Positions 9,564-16,876 of a stretch of 32,000 bases of DNA are shown piece after piece. Both the position numbers and the translations under genes were made by a program. Source of the DNA: an uncultured bacterium. Its GTDB lineage: Bacteria > Auribacterota > JACPWU01. The stretch spans positions 7,961-39,960 of the forward strand of contig CAZXEQ010000009.1 of the NCBI GenBank assembly GCA_964640155.1, written 5' to 3'. The notes under the pieces were generated by a model. It did no database searches. It had not been told where the DNA came from and saw only the letters and a program-made list of their open reading frames with translations. Each line of letters opens with the position of its first letter. The first letter of the stretch is position 1.

Positions 9564-10649
9564 TCAAGTAGAACAGCTCACTAAATCTTCTAACTTTTTT
9601 ATGATTATTTCTTCTTGAACAATGTTAACAGCACTTACCAATTGTTTAATAAGAAACCTCTGTATTGTATCAATTTGACCTAAAACCCTATCGTCTTTAT
9701 CAAGGATTTCCCAAATATGACTAAAATCGACTTTTCCTTTTCCATGACGCCATAATATATAGTTTAAAATGATCTCTGCTTCTCTCAATCTTAAAGCAGC
9801 CTTTCGAAAGTCTAAATGATGTTCACATTCGTCAAGAAATGCTGATAAATAAGCATTTGCAAGAGTAAGAAGATGCGAAAAAGCTGCCATTTCCCCTTCA
9901 AAATAAAAAGGGCCTCGAATTTGAACTCCTCCATAAGCAAGTAACTTCATAAAAGCCATGTCTGGACCTTTCCCTCTCAAAAAGTCAGACTCTTCTACCA
10001 CTTGAACATCTAGAACCTTTTCTTCTCCCAAAACTTCATATGCTAATCTCGCAGCAGAATGAAAAGGCCTTTTTTTAGTAACTATCATAAAATCTATATC
10101 TTCAGAAGCCTCCATTATTTTACGAATATAAGAAGGTTCTAATTTCAAACCAGCCCATAACCAACTGCCATATAAAAAAATGCCTTTGATATCACCTTCA
10201 TCAATCCCAAAAGCATCCGCGATATCCGAAAGAACGAATCCCAATAAATCATCTGCCTCTTCAACTTTATTAAGAACATGTAATTGAAAAACGTCTCGAT
10301 CCTCTGGTCTTAGTAAAATAAATCTCCAGGCTCTTTCATAAAAATTAAAGCAGCAGTGATATAGACTTTCTGGATAGGTTTTAGGAGAAGTTGTATTAAA
10401 ACTTGGGAAACGTTTGGTTAGTATTGAAAAATTAGCCGATTGAAAAACTTCTTCCAAAAGATCTTCAGAAAAACCCGTAAGTTTCGAAGCTTCTCGAGTA
10501 TCTCTTTTTAATAATGCTTGGGCAGCTTTTCGAAAATTTCTTTCAAATTTTCTATTTTCTACTTTAGACCATGGAGCCAGAGCATACAGAGGGAAAGATA
10601 AAGAGAAAAAGAGAACTCCCATTAAAAGGTATCTTAAGAGAGATTTCAT
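9564..10649 (-). CDS. Hypothetical exported protein, weak nucleotidyltransferase-fold hint
   Basis: It has a signal-peptide-like N-terminus (MKSLLRYLLMGVLFFSLSFPLYALA). The LYGS...EDIDFMIV pattern loosely resembles the Pol-beta NTase G[SG]..DxD motif, but the spacing is long. It starts 5 nt after the mqnC stop. Confidence 0.5.
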   Translation of the reverse strand: MKSLLRYLLMGVLFFSLSFPLYALAPWSKVENRKFERNFRKAAQALLKRDTREASKLTGFSEDLLEEVFQSANFSILTKRFPSFNTTSPKTYPESLYHCCFNFYERAWRFILLRPEDRDVFQLHVLNKVEEADDLLGFVLSDIADAFGIDEGDIKGIFLYGSWLWAGLKLEPSYIRKIMEASEDIDFMIVTKKRPFHSAARLAYEVLGEEKVLDVQVVEESDFLRGKGPDMAFMKLLAYGGVQIRGPFYFEGEMAAFSHLLTLANAYLSAFLDECEHHLDFRKAALRLREAEIILNYILWRHGKGKVDFSHIWEILDKDDRVLGQIDTIQRFLIKQLVSAVNIVQEEIIIKKLEDLVSCST

Positions 10650-10654
10650 GCCTA

Positions 10655-11779
10655 TTACGAAGAAACAACCGATAAATCAGAAAGTGTTTTGCTTGTGTTT
10701 TTTTGAAGTCGAAAATACGGATCACCTAAAATTTCGTATTTCATCGTACGCCGTTTGGCCTGATATCCTGCATTTTCAATCAGACGTACCATTTCTTGCT
10801 CAGTCATAAAAAAGACCGTTCCAGCTGCACGAACCACATTTTCCTCAATCATTAAACTTCCTAAATCGTCGACGCCATATTTTAAACTTAACTGGCCAAT
10901 TTTAGGACCTTGTGTTACCCAAGAAGCTTGAAAATGATCAAAATTATCTAAATAAATTCTTGAGATAGCCAATGTCCTCAAATAATCAAAAGAAGAAGTT
11001 TTGCTTCCCCCCATAGGCGTATGGTCCGGCTGAAATGTCCATGTGATAAAAGCGGTAAAACCATGCGTTTCATCCTGAAGTTGACGCAATCGATCTAAAT
11101 GTTCAATACGTTCTTCCAACGTCTCAACATGTCCAAACATCATGGTTGCTGTTGAACGCAAACCCAATCGATGTGCCACGCGCATGACATTCAACCACTC
11201 GTCGGAGTCAATTTTCTTAGGAGCTATGACCTTTCTTGCACGTTCTACCAAAATTTCAGCCCCTGCTCCTGGAACAGAATCTAAACCAGCTTTGATCAAA
11301 CGCTTGAGTGTTTCTTCAAGAGATAATTTTGAAACTTGGGCAATAAATGAAATTTCCGAAGCTGAAAAACCATGAATCCAAATAGGATATTTGGATTTGA
11401 TATGCGTTAGCATGTCTTCATAAAAATCTATTTTTAAATAAGGATGATGTCCGCCCTGAAGAAGAATTTGTGTTCCTCCCAACGCTAATGTTTCTTCAAT
11501 TTTTTTATCTAATTCTTCGTTAGAAAGCACATAACCATCTTTGGAACCTGGACGAACATAAAAAGCACAAAAATGACAATCGGTTACACAAAAATTGGTG
11601 TAATTAATATTACGATCAATAATGTAGGTAATGGTGGAAGGATCTGACTTTCGACAACGAACTCGATTTGCAAGATCACCCAAAAGTGGCAAATCCTGAC
11701 AAGAAAAAAGTTCTAACGCTTCAGAAGGACTGATGCGCGTGCCATCAATAATTTTTGAAAGAATATTTTTCAAGCTCAT
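10655..11779 (-). CDS. mqnC: Radical SAM cyclic dehypoxanthinyl futalosine synthase (MqnC-type)
   Basis: It has YIIDRNINYTNFCVTDCHFCAFY (CxxxCxxC) and belongs to the CofH/MqnC/MqnE family. It has an AAGGTGG SD. The MqnC versus MqnE assignment rests on remembered N-terminal motif differences and could be swapped with 12625..13722. Confidence 0.75.
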   Translation of the reverse strand: MSLKNILSKIIDGTRISPSEALELFSCQDLPLLGDLANRVRCRKSDPSTITYIIDRNINYTNFCVTDCHFCAFYVRPGSKDGYVLSNEELDKKIEETLALGGTQILLQGGHHPYLKIDFYEDMLTHIKSKYPIWIHGFSASEISFIAQVSKLSLEETLKRLIKAGLDSVPGAGAEILVERARKVIAPKKIDSDEWLNVMRVAHRLGLRSTATMMFGHVETLEERIEHLDRLRQLQDETHGFTAFITWTFQPDHTPMGGSKTSSFDYLRTLAISRIYLDNFDHFQASWVTQGPKIGQLSLKYGVDDLGSLMIEENVVRAAGTVFFMTEQEMVRLIENAGYQAKRRTMKYEILGDPYFRLQKNTSKTLSDLSVVSS

Positions 11780-12542
11780 ACCACCTTAAGTCCGGAAGTT
11801 TTGGAATCAAATGTTCGCGAAAAGCCATTTCATAAAAAAGCCTTAAACCTGCTTCATGTTCAGACGTCCAATCATAACAAATATTTTGAGTTAAATAAGA
11901 CAAAACAAAATCTTCATTAATTTCAAGGACACTTTCTCTAGCGATCTTTTGTATATTGGCTTGTCCTCGCTTTTTTGATTTAATCAATCGAATTAAAGAA
12001 GTTTCATCAATATCATCGCTTCGTCCGGCCCAGAAAGCATAAGTGAAAGGAAGATTTGTCAATTCCTGCCAGGCTTGTCCTAAATCAATCACCTGCCCTT
12101 TAAAATTCAAAGATTGCTTTAAAGCCTGGTCTCCTATGAGCAAAACACCATCATAAAGTTCAAGTAGCTTATCAAAACCTTGAGTCGTTACTTCATACTT
12201 AAAAGAACGTTGGAAATAATTTTGTTCCAAGACCTTTAAAAGTGCAAATCCTGTTTTAGATCTAGGATCTACTGCAATCGTCTGAGCTTCTGATAAATTC
12301 CCTTTTAAAAAAAGTAAAACTGATTTTACAGCTCCCTTGGAAGAAATAACTGCGTCAGGAACAATCGATAAATTTTTGATACGGGCATATTCAATAGAAG
12401 GGATCATTGCAATATCTACCTCCCCTTTCGCCAAAGCTTGCGCACAAGCATTGGGAGAAGCAAAAGTCATTACCATGTCCTTATTTGCAAGACCATAAGT
12501 TAATGGCTTTGCATTTAAAAAATCTGATGCTGCTATTTTCAT
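11745..12542 (-). CDS. mqnA: Chorismate dehydratase MqnA
   Basis: It belongs to the PF02621-like periplasmic-binding-fold family. It has the N-terminal IAASDFLNAKPL and the LPFTYAFWAG block typical of MqnA. It overlaps the mqnC start by 35 nt. Confidence 0.8.
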   Translation of the reverse strand: MKIAASDFLNAKPLTYGLANKDMVMTFASPNACAQALAKGEVDIAMIPSIEYARIKNLSIVPDAVISSKGAVKSVLLFLKGNLSEAQTIAVDPRSKTGFALLKVLEQNYFQRSFKYEVTTQGFDKLLELYDGVLLIGDQALKQSLNFKGQVIDLGQAWQELTNLPFTYAFWAGRSDDIDETSLIRLIKSKKRGQANIQKIARESVLEINEDFVLSYLTQNICYDWTSEHEAGLRLFYEMAFREHLIPKLPDLRWYELEKYSFKNY

Positions 12543-12558
12543 TTAAAGACCGTATTTC

Positions 12559-12641
12559 GTAGTTCGTAAATCGTAGTTAGCAAAAACGAAATACGAACTA
12601 CTGTTTTTCACGAATTGCGAATTGCTAACTACGAACTACTG
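12559..12641. repeat. Mosaic inverted repeats built on GTAGTTCGTA / CGTAGTTAG units, spanning the mqnA-mqnE spacer and the mqnE stop codon
   Basis: GTAGTTCGTA occurs forward at 12559-12568. Its reverse complement occurs at 12592-12601 and 12631-12640. CGTAGTTAG at 12572-12580 pairs with CTAACTACG at 12625-12633. Confidence 0.75.
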
Positions 12642-13722
12642 TAGTATAAATTGCATCTCTCTCCACAGGCTCTCGTCCTGCTTCTCGAATAAGCTTGATC
12701 AAATTGTCTCTGGTCAACGCATTATCTGTCTTTGCACCTGCATCATGATAAATTTTTTCTTCAATAACCGTGCCATCAATATCATCCGCTCCATAGGAAA
12801 GAGCAATCTGAGCCAATGCAGGTGTAAGCATAATCCAATAAGCTTTAATATGATTAAAGTTGTCCAACAAGAGTCGTGAAATCGCTAAAGTCTTTAAATC
12901 TTCAACTCCCGTCGTCCATCCCAATTTTCCCATTCGGTTATTTTCAGGATGATAGGCCAAAGGAATAAAACATCGAAAACCGTTGGTTTCGTCTTGAGCC
13001 TCTCGGAGATCCAATAAATGACGCACTCGTGCGTCGTATTTTTCAACATGACCATAAAGCATGGTTGCATTTGTTGGAATACCCAAACGATGCGCTGTTT
13101 TAGCCACTTCAAGCCATCTTGCACCCGTTGCTTTTTCACCACAAATTTTTTTGCGAATTTTCTCATCAAAAACTTCAGCTCCACCCCCTGGCAAAGAATC
13201 AAGCCCGGCTTGTTTAAAATCACTTAAAACTTCATAAGCCGATTTTTTATAAATTTGAGAGAAGAAATCGATCTCAACACAAGTAAAGGCTTTGATATGA
13301 AGACTGGGATAAAACTTTTTAATGGTACTTAACAAATCAATGTAGTACGGATAAGGAAGTTCAGGATGAAGTCCCCCAACCATATGAAGTTCGGTTAAAC
13401 CCTGATTCCAAACCGCTTCAATTTTTTTAAGAATTTGCTCTTTATTAAGCGTATATGCATCTGGATCTTTTAAATCTCTGCGGAATGAGCAAAACAGGCA
13501 ATCCACCGCACAAACATTGGTGTAATCAATATGAAGATTAATCACAAAATAGGTTTTATTACCGTTTTTTCTTTCTCGAACTTGATTGGCAAGCGCACCT
13601 ATTGCATTAACATCATGAGAATGAAACAAAGTCATTCCATCTTCAAAAGAAAGACGTTCGCCTTTTTCAACTTTGATTGCAATAGCTGACAACTCTGATT
13701 TTTGTGTTAGCAGTTCAAGCAT
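12625..13722 (-). CDS. mqnE: Radical SAM aminofutalosine synthase (MqnE-type)
   Basis: It has YFVINLHIDYTNVCAVDCLFCSF (CxxxCxxC), is a paralog of the mqnC-type gene, and has a GAGGA SD. Confidence 0.75.
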   Translation of the reverse strand: MLELLTQKSELSAIAIKVEKGERLSFEDGMTLFHSHDVNAIGALANQVRERKNGNKTYFVINLHIDYTNVCAVDCLFCSFRRDLKDPDAYTLNKEQILKKIEAVWNQGLTELHMVGGLHPELPYPYYIDLLSTIKKFYPSLHIKAFTCVEIDFFSQIYKKSAYEVLSDFKQAGLDSLPGGGAEVFDEKIRKKICGEKATGARWLEVAKTAHRLGIPTNATMLYGHVEKYDARVRHLLDLREAQDETNGFRCFIPLAYHPENNRMGKLGWTTGVEDLKTLAISRLLLDNFNHIKAYWIMLTPALAQIALSYGADDIDGTVIEEKIYHDAGAKTDNALTRDNLIKLIREAGREPVERDAIYTTVVRS

Positions 13723-13740
13723 ATATCCTCACGACAATAT

Positions 13741-13860
13741 TAAAAATCAAGAATCAAATATCAAAACGACAATGTAAAAATTAAGAAGATCCTCTTTTTT
13801 AGATTTTAAAATTTTTGAATTTTAATTTGTCATTTTAATTTTTGATTTTTGATCTTTGAT
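13741..13860. repeat. About 120-bp AT-rich imperfect palindrome between the UbiD-like gene and mqnE
   Basis: AATCAAGAATCAAATATCAAAA (13746-13767) pairs with TTTTGATTTTTGATCTTTGATT (13840-13861) at 19/22. Inner arms GACAATGTAAAAATT / AATTTGTC.. also pair. The centre is near the GATC at 13788-13791. Confidence 0.7.
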
Positions 13861-15306
13861 TTAAAATCCTAATTCTTTCCACATCCCATCTACTTTTGCT
13901 TTTACAGCAGCATCCATCACAATTTCATCAGGCCAATCCCGAGTAAACCCTTCTTCTTTCCACTTGCGTGTGGCATCAATACCCACTTTACTTCCTAAAG
14001 CAGGTAAGCGCGCAGCATGATCTAAAACATCTACCGGCCCATGCGTAAAAAGAAAATCACGTTCTGGATCAATGTGATTTAACGCCTTCCAAGCTACTTC
14101 CTTGACATCATGAACATTCACATCTTTATCTACGATAACAACTACTTTTGCGAAACAAAGTTGATTAAGGCCCCAAACAGCGCTCATCACTTTCTTAGCT
14201 TGCCCCGGATATCGCTTATCAATCGACATGATTAATAAATTATGAAATACGCCTTCTGCTGGCATATTCATGTCCACCAATTCTGGCAATTGCTTTTTAA
14301 GCAAAGGTAAAAAAATACGTTCCGTTGTTTTACCCAGAAAAAAGTCTTCTTGCAAGGGCTTTCCAACAATAATGGTTGGATAAATGGGATTCTCTCTCAT
14401 GGTCATTGCTGTCACATGAAAAACAGGGTATTGATCGGCTAATGAATAAAATCCTGTATGATCTCCAAAAGGTCCTTCTTGTCGCAATTCTGTAGGATCA
14501 ACATAACCTTCCAAAACAATTTGAGAATTGGCTGGAACTTCCAAATCAATCGTCTGACATTTCACCATTTCAACTGGCACATTCCGAATAAAACCTGCCA
14601 ACATCATTTCATCTACACCTTCAGGAAGAGGAGCTGAAGCTGAATAAATCACAGCGGGATCTGGTCCCAAAGCCACCGCCACTTCGACTCGTTTTCCAAG
14701 CGCTTTTGCCTTATGAAAATGAGCGGCGCCTCCCTTGTGAATTTGCCAATGCATTCCAATTGTTTTTTCATCAAAAATTTGAAGTCGATACATGCCATAA
14801 TTTGCAATTCCAGTCTCTGGATCTTTTGTAATCACGACAGGAAGTGTAATGTATCGACCTGCATCTTGAGGCCAACATTTCAAGGCAGGAATTTCAAAAA
14901 GGGAGAATTGATCTTTTTTAATAATTTCCTGGCAGGGACCTCGACGCACTGATTTTGGTTTTAATGCTCTCAAAGTTTGAAGCATGGGAAGCATTTGAAC
15001 CGTTTCCATAAAACCGGAGGGCATTTTGGGTTCCAAAAAAACATTCACACGTTCAGCCAATGCTTCAAGACTTTCAACACCTAAAGCCATTGCCATTCGC
15101 TTTTCTGTGCCAAAGGTATTAATTAAAACCGGAATGTTTGAACCTTTTACTTTTTCAAAAAGAAGCGCAGGTCCACCTGCTTTTGTCACACGATCCGTGA
15201 TCTCAGTAATTTCCAAAATAGGATCCACTTCTTGAGAAATTCTCTTAAGTTCTCCCTGTTTTTCCAAAGCTCTTATAAAATCGTTCAAATCCTGATATGC
15301 ATGCAT
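13861..15306 (-). CDS. UbiD-family decarboxylase (futalosine-pathway menaquinone decarboxylase type)
   Basis: 481 aa with full-length UbiD-like sequence (DLNDFIRALEKQGELKRI.., GPFGDHTGFY). It is the first gene of the mqn operon and has an AGGAGAGG SD. Confidence 0.85.
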   Translation of the reverse strand: MHAYQDLNDFIRALEKQGELKRISQEVDPILEITEITDRVTKAGGPALLFEKVKGSNIPVLINTFGTEKRMAMALGVESLEALAERVNVFLEPKMPSGFMETVQMLPMLQTLRALKPKSVRRGPCQEIIKKDQFSLFEIPALKCWPQDAGRYITLPVVITKDPETGIANYGMYRLQIFDEKTIGMHWQIHKGGAAHFHKAKALGKRVEVAVALGPDPAVIYSASAPLPEGVDEMMLAGFIRNVPVEMVKCQTIDLEVPANSQIVLEGYVDPTELRQEGPFGDHTGFYSLADQYPVFHVTAMTMRENPIYPTIIVGKPLQEDFFLGKTTERIFLPLLKKQLPELVDMNMPAEGVFHNLLIMSIDKRYPGQAKKVMSAVWGLNQLCFAKVVVIVDKDVNVHDVKEVAWKALNHIDPERDFLFTHGPVDVLDHAARLPALGSKVGIDATRKWKEEGFTRDWPDEIVMDAAVKAKVDGMWKELGF

Positions 15307-15437
15307 ACTAAAGCCCTCTCCTGTTTCCCACGAAGCTGTAAGTATGCTTGGTTAATCATAAAAAATCAAATATTAAGAAAGAAAATTTACAGAGATAATC
15401 CCGTATACAAAAGTGTGTTCTTATTAGCTAAGAAACG

Positions 15438-15511
15438 GGTCCTGCCACTCGTCAGCCCCACCGTGCTCACTAAAAGTTGCGCGCGGCGGGGCTCCCCGTC
15501 GAGTGTCACCC
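15438..15511 (-). repeat. GC-rich structured element, copy A (74-nt core, minus orientation)
   Basis: It is the reverse complement of 20776-20849 with one mismatch (73/74). The core is about 69 percent GC by hand count, in an AT-rich context. It is flanked by CAAAAGTGTGT (15408-15418) and ACACACTTTTTTG (15525-15537), which are inverted. Confidence 0.85.
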
Positions 15512-15574
15512 GTATTTGTAAAGGACACACTTTTTTGCACAAGATCCAAGAAATTCTTCATTCAATTCCACAAG

Positions 15575-15735
15575 TGAAAATGGGGTGACCCGACTGGGGG
15601 TTCCCCATCGAGCGCCAGCAAGCGTCGCCTAAAACCTGAGAATCCTCATTAAATGCCCTGCCGACGCTGACCCCACAGGGGCTATAACTACATGTGCCGT
15701 CGATGGGGGTGAGGAGGGGCAGGACCCCATTTTCA
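15575..15735 (+). repeat. GC-rich structured element, copy B (longer family member, plus orientation)
   Basis: It starts GGGGTGACC and ends GGCAGGACCCC, like copy C. About 25 nt at each end are homologous to A/C (22/26 at the 3' end). It is closed by TGAAAATGGGGT / ACCCCATTTTCA (12 bp). Confidence 0.8.
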
Positions 15736-15871
15736 TGAATTTTGGCAATCTCTACCATTGATTCATCTTGCTTTATGGCTCATCTTAACGTATAGAGTAG
15801 GAGTTCAATGCTGTTTTGGGATATAATTTTGTCTCTTTTGAGTCTCTTAACCCAAATTTTATGAGTCAACT

Positions 15872-16852
15872 ATGCATACAGAAATACTGAATGAACTTGA
15901 AGGCTTTATTGAAGAACAACTTCATTTGCTAAAGTCCGTTAAAGACTCTTGGCAGCCCAGCGATATTTTGCCAGACATGAGTGATGAATGCTGGCACGAA
16001 AAAGTTGAAGAATTACGCACAAAAACATCGAATTTATCCGATGAACTTCTCGTCGTCCTTATTGGGAATACCGTTACAGAAGAGGCCTTACCCTCTTATC
16101 AAACCTGGTTAAATCGTTTTGAAGGCATGAGCGATAAAACAGGTGTCAGCTCTAATCCTTGGTCTCTTTGGACAAGGGCTTGGACTGCTGAAGAAAACCG
16201 TCATGGTGAACTTCTTAATAAATACTTATATCTTTCTGGGCGAGTTAACATGCATGCGGTTGAAATCACCACACAAAATCTCATTAGAAATGGCTTTGAT
16301 GTACGATCCGGAGACAGTTTCTATAAAGCCTTGGTTTATGCTGCGTTTCAAGAAAGAGGAACAAAAATTTCTCATCGTAATGTAGGTTTATTGGCTGAAA
16401 AATGTGGTGAAACAACCTTGAGCAAAATGTGCGTTTTGATTGCAGGAGATGAAGCTCGACATGAAGAAGCTTACAAGAGATTTTTCGCCAAAATACTCGA
16501 ACTAGATCCTTCTCGAGCTCTATGTGCTTTTGCAGACATGATGAAACAAAAAGTCATCATGCCAGCCCGTCTCATGTCCGATGAAACAGATCGAGACTTA
16601 TTTAATCAATTCTCTGTCGTTGCACAGAAAATTGGTGTTTATACCATTCATGACTATGTTGAAATCATTGACCACTTGATTAATCTCTGGGGCATTCCAA
16701 CCCTTTCTACTTCTTCCCCAGAAAGTGCGCAAGCACAAGAATATCTTTGCAATTTGCCAGGACGGTATACAGGGAAAATTGAACGACTGGAAGAATCTTT
16801 GGCTAAACAACCCAGCAAATCTTTTCGATGGATATTTGATCGTTGCGCTTAA
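15872..16852 (+). CDS. Soluble acyl-ACP desaturase (stearoyl-ACP delta-9 desaturase family, di-iron)
   Basis: It has the WTAEENRHG and GDEARHEEAY di-iron motifs at the spacing typical of the plant/actinobacterial soluble desaturase family. Confidence 0.9.
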   Translation: MHTEILNELEGFIEEQLHLLKSVKDSWQPSDILPDMSDECWHEKVEELRTKTSNLSDELLVVLIGNTVTEEALPSYQTWLNRFEGMSDKTGVSSNPWSLWTRAWTAEENRHGELLNKYLYLSGRVNMHAVEITTQNLIRNGFDVRSGDSFYKALVYAAFQERGTKISHRNVGLLAEKCGETTLSKMCVLIAGDEARHEEAYKRFFAKILELDPSRALCAFADMMKQKVIMPARLMSDETDRDLFNQFSVVAQKIGVYTIHDYVEIIDHLINLWGIPTLSTSSPESAQAQEYLCNLPGRYTGKIERLEESLAKQPSKSFRWIFDRCA

Positions 16853-16876
16853 ACAATTAAATTTAAAAAATCAAAG

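Noticed and set aside
12622-12879. ORF 12622..12879 (+, 85 aa) and 28092..28283 (-, 63 aa)
   Set aside because: They are antisense to mqnE and pmbA respectively and extend through repeat hairpins. They have no SD or domain signal.
15512-15581. Divergent sigma70-like promoters in the 70-nt spacer between elements A and B (for example TTGTGC-N16-TACAAA on the minus strand, TTGCAC-N17-TCATTC on the plus strand)
   Set aside because: The hexamers are weak matches and AT-rich DNA gives many such hits by chance. They are not reported as features without TSS data.
15232-15758. ORFs 15232..15588 (+, 118 aa) and 15558..15758 (-, 66 aa) crossing the GC-rich elements
   Set aside because: They exist only because GC-rich palindromic DNA lacks stop codons. 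The peptides are low-complexity with no SD and no recognisable domains. The region is better explained as non-coding structured repeats.
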